From Synergistales bacterium (GTDB lineage: Bacteria > Synergistota > Synergistia > Synergistales > JAFGMB01), in the NCBI GenBank assembly GCA_963666205.1, contig OY762654.1, positions 320,001-384,000 of the forward strand: a stretch of 64,000 bases of DNA, in the 5' to 3' direction. Positions 28,489-39,033 of this stretch are shown here, one piece after another. The notes beneath the pieces are model-generated. The model ran no database searches, was not told where the DNA came from, and was given only the letters and a program-made list of their open reading frames with translations. A program made the position numbers and the translations under genes. Position 1 is the first letter of the stretch. Every line of letters begins with the position of its first letter.

Positions 28489-29637
28489 CTATTCACTTTG
28501 AATATCTATCTTCACCCTTACAGGACCTTCAGTAAAGACTTCTTCACGGGTAAATATTTTAACAATAACAGGGTCTTTTGCCCCTGAAAGCATTTCTACT
28601 GCGTCAAAGAAATCGCTCGCATCAAGGATCCCGACAGTGCCATTAACAGGATCAGGCAATACACCATCGTTTACTGCTTTACTGTTAACTTTTCTTAACA
28701 GGGCATGTAGAAAGGCCTCAGCATCTGATTCGTTGGGGGGTGAATCAATTATCTCAGACCATAAAAGAGCATCTTTATCATATATCGGGAGACTTTCTCT
28801 TACTTCTATCTTCACATTTACAGGTTCCCCTGCAAGAATATTTGATCCAGCAAGGAGTCTTACGAACTTTCTTGTTCTGGAATTCATTGTTTCTTTCAAG
28901 GCTGAATCCATTTGTTCCGGATCTAGAACAATTGTAATGTTTTCGGGATCTATACCAAGTCGAACTGCAACTATGAACTCTGCTCTCTGCACAAGACGAT
29001 CGATAATGCTTTGAATCACATCCCCTGCAGTTTCCGGGACAACAGAATGTTGAGCTAGAAGTTCATCTGCAAATACAATAATCCTTCCTCCTCTAACTTC
29101 AGTAAGCCCCTTCTTGAGTTGTTCTGCTTCTAGATGAAGACTGCTTATGGTTGTTTCAAGCTGTTGTTTTTCTGTCTTCAGATCTCCAAGTTCAGTTTCA
29201 GTCAGTTGTAACTGTGAGATATTCTTTGTAAGAAGCTCTCCAACAGATCGTAGTTTTTCCTCCTGTGTTTCCAGTTTAGCCTGTGTATCAATAAGACTCA
29301 TATAAGTCAGTTCAGCCTCATCTCTACTATCCTGAAGGTCTGAAGTCAATTGTGTAATCTGACGCTGAAGAAATTTCATGCTGAAGAGGATGGTTCGTAC
29401 CGTATCTGAGGTGACAGCAAGAGAGCCAAGTACAACAAGGGCAATGGTAATTCCAGTAATTGCAGTAATTACTGAACCCGTATGCCGAGGTCTTAATCCA
29501 AGAATCGATATCCTCTTTTTACCTATCTTTGTCCCAAGGATATCACCGAGATATGCGAAAAGACCACTCGCTATTAAGAGTCCAATTATGAAAACCCAAT
29601 TAAGATCAGAGATAAGATGAGGTTCCAAGTAAACCAC
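28489..29637 (-). CDS. DUF3084-like membrane-anchored coiled-coil protein
   Basis: AYLGDILGTKIGKKRISILGLRPRHT, two TM segments, long coiled coil. Confidence 0.82.
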   Translation of the reverse strand: MVYLEPHLISDLNWVFIIGLLIASGLFAYLGDILGTKIGKKRISILGLRPRHTGSVITAITGITIALVVLGSLAVTSDTVRTILFSMKFLQRQITQLTSDLQDSRDEAELTYMSLIDTQAKLETQEEKLRSVGELLTKNISQLQLTETELGDLKTEKQQLETTISSLHLEAEQLKKGLTEVRGGRIIVFADELLAQHSVVPETAGDVIQSIIDRLVQRAEFIVAVRLGIDPENITIVLDPEQMDSALKETMNSRTRKFVRLLAGSNILAGEPVNVKIEVRESLPIYDKDALLWSEIIDSPPNESDAEAFLHALLRKVNSKAVNDGVLPDPVNGTVGILDASDFFDAVEMLSGAKDPVIVKIFTREEVFTEGPVRVKIDIQSE

Positions 29638-29765
29638 CTCTCTGGATAGAAAACTTCAGCCAGGAAAGATCTGATGCTTGTTCCTGGATATAGAATAACC
29701 TTTTTCAGAGAAAATACATCGGTAAAAACAGCTATAGGCTAATACTTAATATCTTTTCCCTGAAA

Positions 29766-30212
29766 CTAAAGGTCTGAGAAAGGACTTGAAATAAGCATAG
29801 CAGCAATATTCTCTGCACTATAGAATTTACCCTGGTTAATTCCCGGACAAATTCGGGAATGTCTATCCCATTCTTCTTCTGATTTAAAGATAGAAGGCCA
29901 GAATGGATATAAAGAACATTGGGCAGGTCTTACCGGATATATAGTACACCTGTTGTTATCCGAATTATAAAAGATACATTCTCCATTCCTTTTTTCTGCT
30001 ATGCTTGGTCGCTTCCACTTCATGGTCATATATTTCATCTGAAAGGATTTCTCCGTTGAAATATCGAGAAATGTCATGATAGAAATAATTTCATCCCTGT
30101 TAACCCATATTGATCCAGGTTCGCCTCTACAGCATCTTCCGCAACCAAGACAGGAGAAATACACCCCATCTGACCACCAGTATTGACTCAATATACTACT
30201 CATTAGCCCCAA
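29766..30212 (-). CDS. YkgJ-family cysteine-cluster (Zn/Fe-chelating) protein
   Basis: FSCLGCGRCC, CIFY..CTIYPVRPAQCSLYPFW, CPG. Confidence 0.88.
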   Translation of the reverse strand: MGLMSSILSQYWWSDGVYFSCLGCGRCCRGEPGSIWVNRDEIISIMTFLDISTEKSFQMKYMTMKWKRPSIAEKRNGECIFYNSDNNRCTIYPVRPAQCSLYPFWPSIFKSEEEWDRHSRICPGINQGKFYSAENIAAMLISSPFSDL

Positions 30213-30281
30213 ATAACCTTCGATAGATATGGCACCACTCAGAGAAAAAACCGTTTACATCTTTTCTATTGGAAAGGGCTT

Positions 30282-31328
30282 CTACCATCTTCTACGTCTG
30301 CCTTTTCGGCTGACAGCAAGGATTCCGCTTCTACCGGAATCTTTAAGTTTTTCTATACCTGCAAGAGCCTGTCCCGTTCCTAGTGCAACACATTCAGTAG
30401 GATCTTCTGCTGTAAAACAATTGATTTGAGTTTCCCGAGAAATAAGCTCCGGTAATCCCTTTAGAAGAGCCCCTCCTCCTGTAAGAACTATACCTCGATC
30501 AATAATATCAGCAGCAAGTTCAGGTGGAGTAATTTCAAGAACATTTTTTACCCCATCTACGATTGCATGAACCATTTCGGCGATAGCTGAACGAACACTT
30601 GAACTGCTAATATCTATTTGTCTTGGCAGACCCAGGATAAGATCACGGCCTTTTAAGGTCATCTTAACTTCCTCTCCATCATCACTACAGTTCCCGATCT
30701 GAATCTTCAGTTTTTCAGCGGTTTGCTCTCCAATGGCAAGGTTATGTTGTTTGCGAAGGAAACGGATGATCGCCTCATCGAACTTGTCTCCACCAATTCT
30801 CAGTGATTTTGATACCACGATTCCCCCAAGGGAAATAACTGCGATATCTGTGGTTCCACCACCTATATCAACTACCATTTTACCTTTGGGTTCCTGTATC
30901 TCAAGGTTAGCGCCAATGGCTGCAGCCATTGGCTCCTCGATAAGGTAGGCATCCCTTGCACCAACCTCGACAGCGGCTTCGAGAACTGCCCTTCTTTCAA
31001 CATCAGTGGCACCCGATGGGACGCATATCATAACCCGGTTTTTGAAGAATTTTCTCATTCCAGTATTGATTCGCTTCATAAAATACCTGAGCATGGTTTC
31101 AGTCATCGTATAATCTGCAATAACACCATCTCTCAGAGGCCTTACTGAAACAACACTTGCCGGCGTCCTTCCCACCATATTTTTAGCTTCATCACCAACA
31201 GCCAGTATCCTGCCATTTTCAAGATCGACAGCTACAACCGAAGGTTCCCTTAAAACGATCCCTTTACCTTTTACATATATGAGGACAGTAGCCGTCCCAA
31301 GATCGATCCCTATATCAGTTCCAAACAA
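30282..31328 (-). CDS. mreB: Rod shape-determining actin homologue MreB/Mbl
   Basis: IGIDLGTA, EPSVVA, PLRDGVIAD, EEPMAAAIG, DIGGGTT, LTGGGALL. Confidence 0.95.
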   Translation of the reverse strand: MFGTDIGIDLGTATVLIYVKGKGIVLREPSVVAVDLENGRILAVGDEAKNMVGRTPASVVSVRPLRDGVIADYTMTETMLRYFMKRINTGMRKFFKNRVMICVPSGATDVERRAVLEAAVEVGARDAYLIEEPMAAAIGANLEIQEPKGKMVVDIGGGTTDIAVISLGGIVVSKSLRIGGDKFDEAIIRFLRKQHNLAIGEQTAEKLKIQIGNCSDDGEEVKMTLKGRDLILGLPRQIDISSSSVRSAIAEMVHAIVDGVKNVLEITPPELAADIIDRGIVLTGGGALLKGLPELISRETQINCFTAEDPTECVALGTGQALAGIEKLKDSGRSGILAVSRKGRRRRW

Positions 31329-31442
31329 ATTAGTTTCCTCCTTTGACTACGAAACAGTAATTGTGATAAAGAAGGCTTGATTTAAAGGCTTGATGAACAA
31401 CCAGCTACAAGAATATAACTTATCTTCAGGCACCGCAAGTAA

Positions 31443-32198
31443 TCAACTTGAGAAAGTATTGTAGCCTACGCTCCATAGGAAAAGCCCACTGGGGGGGGCA
31501 GTCGCACCAGAGAAGATCCTGCTTTTTCCACTCAGTAATTCATTTATCCATTCCGTGTCATATTTCTCTATTCCAACAAGATTTATGTTGCCCATCATTA
31601 TCCGTACCATATTGGTAAGAAATGCGTTCCCCCGGATTCGGAATACGGTCAGGTTTCGATTTGAACAGACTCTTAGCCTTAAGATTTTCCTGAAGCTATT
31701 TTCAGGACATTCTGATACCCTGCAAAAAGCCCTGAAATTATGGGTTCCCTCCATTATGCTGCAAGCTTCCCGAACCTTTTCCATATTCCATTTCCGTTTA
31801 TTCCACCAGACATATTTTTCGATGTGGGGATAACAGAACTTACCATGCCAGACAAAATATCGATATTCCCTCCATAGGGCGGAACGTCTGGCATGGAAAT
31901 CCGGCGGTACCAGCCTTATTCCAGTAACTCGAACAGCCGGGGGAAGATTGGCGTTTACAGCAAGAAGAAGTCGATCCTCAGTCCAGATATCCCTTAGGGA
32001 AAAGGATACCACCTGGCCACGGGAGTGCACACCAGCATCCGTTCTTCCTGCTGCCTGGACATTGACATAGGCATCAGAAAGTTTTGTAAGAGTTTGTTCA
32101 AATATTTCCTGGACAGTAACAGCATTTGGCTGTTTCTGCCATCCGGCTAAGTGACTTCCATCATATGTTACTGTTGCAGCATACCTTATCACAGCCAT
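31443..32198 (-). CDS. truA: tRNA pseudouridine(38-40) synthase
   Basis: YDGS..GWQKQ, GRTDAGVH, FHAR, GTHNF, FLTNMVR, APPSGL. Confidence 0.97.
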   Translation of the reverse strand: MAVIRYAATVTYDGSHLAGWQKQPNAVTVQEIFEQTLTKLSDAYVNVQAAGRTDAGVHSRGQVVSFSLRDIWTEDRLLLAVNANLPPAVRVTGIRLVPPDFHARRSALWREYRYFVWHGKFCYPHIEKYVWWNKRKWNMEKVREACSIMEGTHNFRAFCRVSECPENSFRKILRLRVCSNRNLTVFRIRGNAFLTNMVRIMMGNINLVGIEKYDTEWINELLSGKSRIFSGATAPPSGLFLWSVGYNTFSS

Positions 32199-33001
32199 AC
32201 CCTGCGATCAAAGAAACTCAAAAGAGCAACTGTAGTGATTATGATCACCAACCCTAGTGTATCTTTGTGTTTCCAGACAAGAGGATGCATTCTGGTACGT
32301 CCCTTGCCACCCTTGTAACATCTGGCTTCCATAGCAATGGCTAGATCCTCGGCTCTTTGAAATACTATAACAAATAAGGGAATAAGGACAGGGATAAAAG
32401 CCTTAAGGCGATTCCAGATATTACCCTTGTCGAGATCCGCTCCCCTGGCAAGTTGCGCCTTCATTATCCTATCTGTTTCATCAAGAAGAGTAGGAATAAA
32501 ACGTAATGCGATAGTCATCATCATGGCCAACTCATGAGCTGGGAAACCAAATGGCTTGAGTGGAGAAAAAAGACTTTCAAGACCATCAGCAAGTTCCATG
32601 GGACTGGTAGTCAAAGTTAGGATAGAGGCAAAGAGAACAAGGAAAAGTAGCCTTAGACCCATATAGACACCCATTCTGAGCCCTTCGTAGGTAATACTAA
32701 CGAAACCAATCTTGAATAATGGTTCTCCCCCGGTAAAAAGAAAGTGGATAAATGCCGTGAAAATAACCAGTATCATAACAGGTTTAGCGGAACCTATGAC
32801 CAGTCTTATTGAAAGTCTGGACATAAGGATTACTCCAAGAAGGAAAAATGCCCATATGCAAAATGCAGATGGATGTTTTACCAGGAAAACCCCAGTAAGA
32901 AGGATTATTGTTCCCAGTATTTTGCCCCTTGGATCTGCATTGTGGACAAAAGAGTCAGCAGGTATATATTGTCCAAAAGTAAGGTGATCGAGAAATTTCA
33001 T
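32189..33001 (-). CDS. ecfT: ECF transporter transmembrane component T
   Basis: DPRGK, IALRFIPTL, QLARG, AMEARCY. Confidence 0.95.
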   Translation of the reverse strand: MKFLDHLTFGQYIPADSFVHNADPRGKILGTIILLTGVFLVKHPSAFCIWAFFLLGVILMSRLSIRLVIGSAKPVMILVIFTAFIHFLFTGGEPLFKIGFVSITYEGLRMGVYMGLRLLFLVLFASILTLTTSPMELADGLESLFSPLKPFGFPAHELAMMMTIALRFIPTLLDETDRIMKAQLARGADLDKGNIWNRLKAFIPVLIPLFVIVFQRAEDLAIAMEARCYKGGKGRTRMHPLVWKHKDTLGLVIIITTVALLSFFDRRVWL

Positions 33002-33840
33002 TTTCGCACCTTCTCAATCAGGGCTTGTGCCAATAAAAATTCATCTCCGGTAATAGGAACATCAAATCCTTTGAGGAACAACTCATGGGACATCTGAACA
33101 ACCTCAGGAAGAAGCAAGCCATACACGTGTCTTTTCAATAAAGAATCGATCACATTTTCGGGAGTTCCATAAGTAAGCTGTCTACCGTGCTGTAGTACGA
33201 GTATTTTCTCGCTGCAGGCAAGGGCTAACTCAAGATCATGAGTAATAAGGACAATACCAAGTCCATCTTCTCTAAGAGCTGTAAGAAGACCCATCAGATC
33301 CTTTCGACCGGAGGCATCCAGTCCAGCAGTAGGTTCATCAAGAACAAGATAATCCGGATTGGCAGAAAGTACTGAAGCTATCGCGACTCTCCTTTTTTCT
33401 CCTCCTGAAAGATGGAAGGGACTACGGTGATAAAAGACGGAATTCAATCCAACTCTTACCAGGGCATTTTCAACTCTTTCAGCAACAGTATCAGGGTCGA
33501 CTCCCCAGTTTCTCGGAGCAAAAGCAACTTCATCAAATATAGTTTCTGCAAAAAGCTGCTGTTCCGGGTACTGAAAAACAAGACCTACTTTCTGTCTCAC
33601 AGTACGTAATTGTTTGCTTCTGGGATCAAGTGAGATATTATCAACTTCGATACTCCCTTCCTGACAGAAAAGGAGAGCATTGAGATGTTGTGCAAGTGTA
33701 GATTTACCGCTGCCTGTATGTCCAACAATTGTAAGCCATTGTTTCTTCTGAATAGATAGATCAATGCCTTGAAGAGCTATTGTTTCAAGAGGAGTTCCCG
33801 GGTGGTATACATGTTTTAGATTATGGATTTCTATGGACAT
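32998..33840 (-). CDS. ecfA2: ECF transporter ATPase A'
   Basis: GHTGSGKST, VFQYPEQQLF, LSGGEKRR, LDEPT. Confidence 0.94.
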   Translation of the reverse strand: MSIEIHNLKHVYHPGTPLETIALQGIDLSIQKKQWLTIVGHTGSGKSTLAQHLNALLFCQEGSIEVDNISLDPRSKQLRTVRQKVGLVFQYPEQQLFAETIFDEVAFAPRNWGVDPDTVAERVENALVRVGLNSVFYHRSPFHLSGGEKRRVAIASVLSANPDYLVLDEPTAGLDASGRKDLMGLLTALREDGLGIVLITHDLELALACSEKILVLQHGRQLTYGTPENVIDSLLKRHVYGLLLPEVVQMSHELFLKGFDVPITGDEFLLAQALIEKVRK

Positions 33841-34658
33841 AATGCCTGGACTACTCCATCCTTGGTAGGTTGAACTTCTTCAGGGATCATCCCCGCATTT
33901 TTCAACATAGACCAGAGTCGAACAATTGGTGGAACTTCCAGTCCCCATTTTTCTATCCCTTTTCCAAGTTCGAAAAGGTCACGCGGAGTACCATCCCAAC
34001 TCAGATTACCCTCATTCATTACAATAACACGGTCACAGGACTGTATCTCTTCTATCCTATGGCTGATATATACAATGGTCATTCCCTGCATGTGAAGCTC
34101 AGAAAGAACATTAAGAAGATCTTTTCTTCCCTGAGGATCAAGCATGGCGGTCGGTTCATCAAGGACAATTACAGGAGGAGTCATTGCGAGGGCCCCTGCA
34201 ACAGCCAATCTCTGCTTCTGTCCTCCAGAAAGGGCATATGTTGCTTTATTCCTGTATTCACTCAGGCCAGTTACATCAAGGGACCATGTTACTTTTTCAC
34301 AGATATCTGAAGGAGAGAGACCAAGGTTTTCTGGTCCGAAAGCAGTGTCATCCTCAACAACACTTGCCACTATCTGGTTATCCGGATTCTGAAAAACCAT
34401 GGCAACCTTACTTCGGATTGCCCAGATATTCTCACTTTGAGTACTATCCATATTGAGAATAAAACAAGCGCCCTGCGTTGGTATCAGCAGGGCGTTAAGA
34501 ATTCTGGCAAGTGTGGATTTTCCGGATCCATTACTACCAACCAGGGCTACCCACTCTCCCGCTTGCACTTCAAGATCGATCCCTTTTAATGCAGCCTCAT
34601 CTGAACCGGGATACTGAAAATAAACATCCCTCAGCCTGAACACTACATCTTCAGGCAT
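33831..34658 (-). CDS. ecfA1: ECF transporter ATPase A
   Basis: GSNGSGKST, VFQNPDNQ, LSGGQKQR, LDEPT. Confidence 0.94.
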   Translation of the reverse strand: MPEDVVFRLRDVYFQYPGSDEAALKGIDLEVQAGEWVALVGSNGSGKSTLARILNALLIPTQGACFILNMDSTQSENIWAIRSKVAMVFQNPDNQIVASVVEDDTAFGPENLGLSPSDICEKVTWSLDVTGLSEYRNKATYALSGGQKQRLAVAGALAMTPPVIVLDEPTAMLDPQGRKDLLNVLSELHMQGMTIVYISHRIEEIQSCDRVIVMNEGNLSWDGTPRDLFELGKGIEKWGLEVPPIVRLWSMLKNAGMIPEEVQPTKDGVVQALCP

Positions 34659-34660
34659 AT

Positions 34661-35014
34661 TTATTCTACCAACTGAATGATAGCCATGGGAGAGGCATCT
34701 CCCTTGCGGTACCCAAGTTTTACTATTCGGGTATAGCCACCCGGACGAGATTCATATCGTTTAGCTATATCATCAAAAAGCTTGTGGGCTGCTTCTTTGT
34801 GAGGAAGCCTGGAACGAACAATCCGTTTGTTGTGCAAAGTGTTACCCTTAGCCCTGGTAATAAGTTTTTCAGAAACACGTCTCAATTCTTTAGCTCGAGT
34901 GAGCGTTGTAACTATGCTCTCTTCAAGAAAAAGACTGGCTGCAAGATTGGCAAGCATAGCTTTTCTGTGACTACCATAACGACCGAGGGTCCTTCTATCC
35001 ATATGATGTCTCAT
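34661..35014 (-). CDS. rplQ: 50S ribosomal protein L17
   Basis: MRH...LGR..SHRKAML, RPGGYTRIVK. Confidence 0.98.
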   Translation of the reverse strand: MRHHMDRRTLGRYGSHRKAMLANLAASLFLEESIVTTLTRAKELRRVSEKLITRAKGNTLHNKRIVRSRLPHKEAAHKLFDDIAKRYESRPGGYTRIVKLGYRKGDASPMAIIQLVE

Positions 35015-35018
35015 GGAA

Positions 35019-36035
35019 TTATTCCTCCTTCAGTAAATTATCTTCAGCCTTGTCGTTACGGAGCTGTAACCCAAGTTTGAAGATCTTCTCCTCGATTTCT
35101 CTAAGAGAGATCTTTCCAAGATTACGTATTTTCAGAAGATCGTCTCTGGACTTACTTAAGAGATCCCCGATAGTGTGGATTCCTCCGCGAAGAAGACAAT
35201 TCTCGCTCCTGATCGAAAGTTCCAGCTCCCTGACAGGTCTGGCGAGAAGTGTGTCCTGTTCTTCAGATAGGCTGTCACTTTCAATCTCTGATGACACAGG
35301 AACTTCCTCTGAACCTTCAACCAAATAACCCTCACCATGCTCGACAGGATGAATCTTTTCAATATCCTCTACAATCATCCCGAAATAACTCCGTATGATC
35401 TTTGCTGCCTCACAGACAGCAATATCAGGCTCAACAACGCTATTAGTCCATACATCAAGAACCAGTCTGTCATAGTCAGTTCTCTGTCCGACTCTGGCAG
35501 CCTGAACTTCATATTGCACTCTTTGAACAGGCGAAAAGATTGCATCTATCAACAAAGCATCCGCAGGAAGATAAGCCGGTCTTGGCCGATCTATCGTGGC
35601 ATATCCCTCACCCTGTTCAACATAGAGATCCATTGACAGATGTGCACCTTCCTCAAGAGTACATATGTATGCATCCTGGTCCACAAATTCAACTTCACTG
35701 TCAGGCTGTATCATGGACGCTGTTACGGTCTGAGGACCTTCAAGCTCCAGTCTGAGAACCCGTACCTCAGAACTATAGGACCTGACAGGTACATGTTTCA
35801 GATTAAGCAGAAGTTCAATAACATCTTCCCTGACTCCGGGAATTGTAGTGAACTCATGAAGAACGCCCTCGACCCTTACGGACGTGATAGCTGCACCTTT
35901 AATCGAAGAGAGAAGCACCCGGCGAAGCGCATTGCCCAACGTTACCCCGTAACCTCTCTCCAGAGGTTCAAGAATAACCTTACCAAGAGTAGGACTACAC
36001 TCTTCTATTCTGATTTCAGGTCGCATTAATTCCAA
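35019..36035 (-). CDS. rpoA: RNA polymerase alpha subunit
   Basis: EPLERGYGVTLGNALRRVLLSS, ELSIRSENCL, IRNLGKIS; start placed at TTG after SD AAAGGTG (ATG at 36026 is an alternative). Confidence 0.98.
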   Translation of the reverse strand: MELMRPEIRIEECSPTLGKVILEPLERGYGVTLGNALRRVLLSSIKGAAITSVRVEGVLHEFTTIPGVREDVIELLLNLKHVPVRSYSSEVRVLRLELEGPQTVTASMIQPDSEVEFVDQDAYICTLEEGAHLSMDLYVEQGEGYATIDRPRPAYLPADALLIDAIFSPVQRVQYEVQAARVGQRTDYDRLVLDVWTNSVVEPDIAVCEAAKIIRSYFGMIVEDIEKIHPVEHGEGYLVEGSEEVPVSSEIESDSLSEEQDTLLARPVRELELSIRSENCLLRGGIHTIGDLLSKSRDDLLKIRNLGKISLREIEEKIFKLGLQLRNDKAEDNLLKEE

Positions 36036-36057
36036 AATATCCAACACCTTTCTGCTA

Positions 36058-36687
36058 TTATCTAGCATAGAACTCGACAACCAGCTGTTCGTTGACGGGC
36101 ACGTCGATCTGTTCACGGGTTGGCAGTGAAAGAACTTTTCCTTCCATTTTTTCTGAATTTGTTTCTAGCCATTCAGGGATAGTCCTGGAACCGGCTACTT
36201 CAACATTTTCCTTAATGACCGGGACTTCTCGGCTTCCTTCATTAACAGAGATGATATGTCCTGATTTTACAAAGAAACTTGGAATGTCCACTTTTTTCCC
36301 ATCTACAAGGAAATGCCCGTGCATTACAAGCTGTCTGGCCTGATTTCTGCTACTGGCAAAACCCAGTCTGTAGACAACATTATCCAATCGCTGCTCGAGA
36401 AGCTGTAAAAAATTGTGACCCGTCTGTCCAGCCATTCTGTTTGCCCAGCCAAAGTAACGTCTGAACTGAGATTCATTCATACCATAGAAGCGACGCAACT
36501 TTTGTTTTTCTCTAAGTCGAATACCATATTCACTAACTTTGCCTCTTCTGCTGCTGGCTGATTTCCCAGGCTTGGTTTCTCTTCTGGCGATAGAACATTT
36601 TTCAGTATAACAACGATCGCCCTTCAGAAAAAGTTTGACTCCTTCAGCCCTGCACAAGCGACAAACAGGTCCTGTATATCTGCTCAT
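36058..36687 (-). CDS. rpsD: 30S ribosomal protein S4
   Basis: [34 protein letters not shown]. Confidence 0.99.
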   Translation of the reverse strand: MSRYTGPVCRLCRAEGVKLFLKGDRCYTEKCSIARRETKPGKSASSRRGKVSEYGIRLREKQKLRRFYGMNESQFRRYFGWANRMAGQTGHNFLQLLEQRLDNVVYRLGFASSRNQARQLVMHGHFLVDGKKVDIPSFFVKSGHIISVNEGSREVPVIKENVEVAGSRTIPEWLETNSEKMEGKVLSLPTREQIDVPVNEQLVVEFYAR

Positions 36688-36719
36688 AATTTAATTCGCC
36701 TCCTAATCCTCGTCCCGGA

Positions 36720-37112
36720 TCAAACACGACGCCTTTTGGGCGGCCTGCATCCATTGTGAGGAATGGGTGTTGTGTCTTTGATCATGTTAACCTGAAGTCC
36801 AGCAGCCTGAAGAGATCTTATAGCAGATTCTCTACCAGGTCCTGGTCCTTTGACAACAACATCAATTTCCTGAACTCCATGCTCCTGAGCCTGTTTGGCG
36901 ACTTGCTGGGCTGCGATCTGTGCAGCAAAGGGAGTTGACTTTCTTGCACCTTTGAACCCGACATTACCACCTGATGCCCAGGCAAGAGTATTACCAACTT
37001 TGTCACTTATACTCACTATGGTGTTATTGAAGGTTGAATAGATATGGGCTACACCATAGCTTATATTCTTTTTTTCCTTGCGTTTGCCTTTTCGCTGTGT
37101 ACGCTTGGCCAC
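36720..37112 (-). CDS. rpsK: 30S ribosomal protein S11
   Basis: [32 protein letters not shown]. Confidence 0.99.
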   Translation of the reverse strand: MAKRTQRKGKRKEKKNISYGVAHIYSTFNNTIVSISDKVGNTLAWASGGNVGFKGARKSTPFAAQIAAQQVAKQAQEHGVQEIDVVVKGPGPGRESAIRSLQAAGLQVNMIKDTTPIPHNGCRPPKRRRV

Positions 37113-37156
37113 GTGATCCAGCCTCCTTGAAACTGTCTAGCCCGTTATAATCTTAC

Positions 37157-37534
37157 TTATCTCGGGGTTTTCTTTTTTCCTGCCACAGTGCGCCTTGGAC
37201 CTTTTCTGGTCCTTGCATTGGTCTTGGTTCTCTGACCACGAACCGGAAGGCCCTGTCTATGTCTCAGTCCCCTGTAGCAACCGATATCTATCAATCGTTT
37301 GATATTCATGGTCACTTCTCTGCGGAGGTCACCTTCGACCTTGTAATTTTCCTGAATCTCTTTCCTGAGTCTCTGCTCCTCATCTTCAGTAAGATCCTTT
37401 ACCCTGGTATCGGGGCTTACTTTAGTAGTTTCAAGGATCTTCTTTGATGTGGTAAGACCTATTCCAAAAATATATGTGAGAGCAATTTCTACCCTTTTTT
37501 CGCGGGGTAGATCCACACCAGCAATACGAGCCAT
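37157..37534 (-). CDS. rpsM: 30S ribosomal protein S13
   Basis: [34 protein letters not shown]. Confidence 0.99.
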   Translation of the reverse strand: MARIAGVDLPREKRVEIALTYIFGIGLTTSKKILETTKVSPDTRVKDLTEDEEQRLRKEIQENYKVEGDLRREVTMNIKRLIDIGCYRGLRHRQGLPVRGQRTKTNARTRKGPRRTVAGKKKTPR

Positions 37535-37538
37535 CAGA

Positions 37539-37664
37539 TTACCTCCTCGCTCCCTGTCTCTGTTTATGGCGAGGGTTTCTGCTGCAAATAACCCTTACCA
37601 CTCCATTACGCTTGATGATCCTGCAGTACTCACACATCGGTTTTACCGATGGTTTGACTTTCAT
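37539..37664 (-). CDS. rpmJ: 50S ribosomal protein L36 (zinc-binding type)
   Basis: Own translation: [41 protein letters not shown]. Confidence 0.97.
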   Translation of the reverse strand: MKVKPSVKPMCEYCRIIKRNGVVRVICSRNPRHKQRQGARR

Positions 37665-37725
37665 AATTATTCACGCTCCTCCTGAAATTCAAAACCTTGA
37701 AAGGTATATTTACAGTGTTAGGAAA

Positions 37726-37956
37726 TCACTTATATCTATACACTATCCGGCCACGAGTCAAGTCATAGGGAGATATCTCCACCAGGACTTTGTCTCCCGG
37801 GAGGATCCTTATAAAATGCATCCTCATCTTTCCTGAGACATGTGCCAGTAATTTATGACCGTTGTCCAGTTCAACCCGGAACATGGCATTGGGAAGAGGT
37901 TCAACAACCTTGCCCCTCACTTCGATAACGTCATCCTTATCAGCCATCAGGTTCAA
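37726..37956 (-). CDS. infA: Translation initiation factor IF-1
   Basis: [37 protein letters not shown]. Confidence 0.99.
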   Translation of the reverse strand: MNLMADKDDVIEVRGKVVEPLPNAMFRVELDNGHKLLAHVSGKMRMHFIRILPGDKVLVEISPYDLTRGRIVYRYK

Positions 37957-38264
37957 TCTACCTCCTTGTTCTGATACTTTTTTGTCTGTATTTCCGACAA
38001 AAGCCGTCGAATTCTTTCTCCATTTAATAAACGTCCTGCCAAAAGAGATTCAGGTACCTCATAAAGAATTCTACTGACACGCTGTAGATGTACAGGGTTT
38101 TTTTTCTTGGGTGCTCCTGGCTTATAGTTTCTACCGTTACATATAAGAACCCTTTGTTCCATATCATCCCAGCCAACCACAACGTACCATTTGCCAACAT
38201 CTTTACCCTTTCTGGAAATAACTACTTGTCCAGGTTGAAATCGTTTTATCTTCATCCCGTTCAT
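37953..38264 (-). CDS. KOW-motif RNA-binding protein (L14e-like)
   Basis: [26 protein letters not shown]; conserved map-infA position. Confidence 0.85.
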   Translation of the reverse strand: MNGMKIKRFQPGQVVISRKGKDVGKWYVVVGWDDMEQRVLICNGRNYKPGAPKKKNPVHLQRVSRILYEVPESLLAGRLLNGERIRRLLSEIQTKKYQNKEVD

Positions 38265-39031
38265 TTCCAGGGGGTAAGAATTTCAGCTCCATCTTTAGTT
38301 ATCAGAACCGTCTTTTCAAAATGGGCAGCATCAGAACCGTCTGCAGTAAGGACTACCCAGCCATCAGCACCAGTAACAACTTCTTCCCTACCTGCCATAA
38401 CCATGGGTTCTATGGCGATTGTCATGCCCGGTTTCAAGGTTACTCCTCTTCCAGGTCTGCCAAAATTTGGAACCTGAGGGGGCTCGTGAGGATTCCTGCC
38501 AAGCCCGTGTCCTGTGTAATCTCTAACAATACCAAAACCATGGTCTGAGATATATTTTTCTATGGCAAAACCGATATCTCCAACTGTATTACCGGAGCAG
38601 GCTTGTGCTATTCCTATATCAAGACCAGTTCTTGTTACAGCAAGAAGCCTCAGGCGATCCTCTGATATTTCTCCAACTGGATATGTGAAAGCAGCATCAC
38701 CATGGTATCCGTTATAACAGGCCATTACATCGATACTTATAATATCACCGAGCTTCAGTGTCCTCTCGAACTGCGGTATCCCATGAACAACTTCATTGTT
38801 TATGGAGGCACAGATCGAACTTGGATAGGGCGTAGGTATACCAGGTACACGATACCCCTTCTCTGAGGGTATTGCTCCCTGATCTCTTATATACTTTTCT
38901 ACCCATTCGTCAAGTTCTCCAGTAGAAACTCCAGGCTTGACAAGATCCTTAAGACCCATGAGTACTTCAGCTACTATCTGGCCAGCTCTACGCATATTAA
39001 CCAGTTCATGATCTTTTTTCAAGGTTATCAT
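38261..39031 (-). CDS. map: Type I methionine aminopeptidase
   Basis: SINNEVVHGIP, GHGLG, HEPP, AIEPM, AAHFE. Confidence 0.98.
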   Translation of the reverse strand: MITLKKDHELVNMRRAGQIVAEVLMGLKDLVKPGVSTGELDEWVEKYIRDQGAIPSEKGYRVPGIPTPYPSSICASINNEVVHGIPQFERTLKLGDIISIDVMACYNGYHGDAAFTYPVGEISEDRLRLLAVTRTGLDIGIAQACSGNTVGDIGFAIEKYISDHGFGIVRDYTGHGLGRNPHEPPQVPNFGRPGRGVTLKPGMTIAIEPMVMAGREEVVTGADGWVVLTADGSDAAHFEKTVLITKDGAEILTPWK

Positions 39032-39033
39032 AC

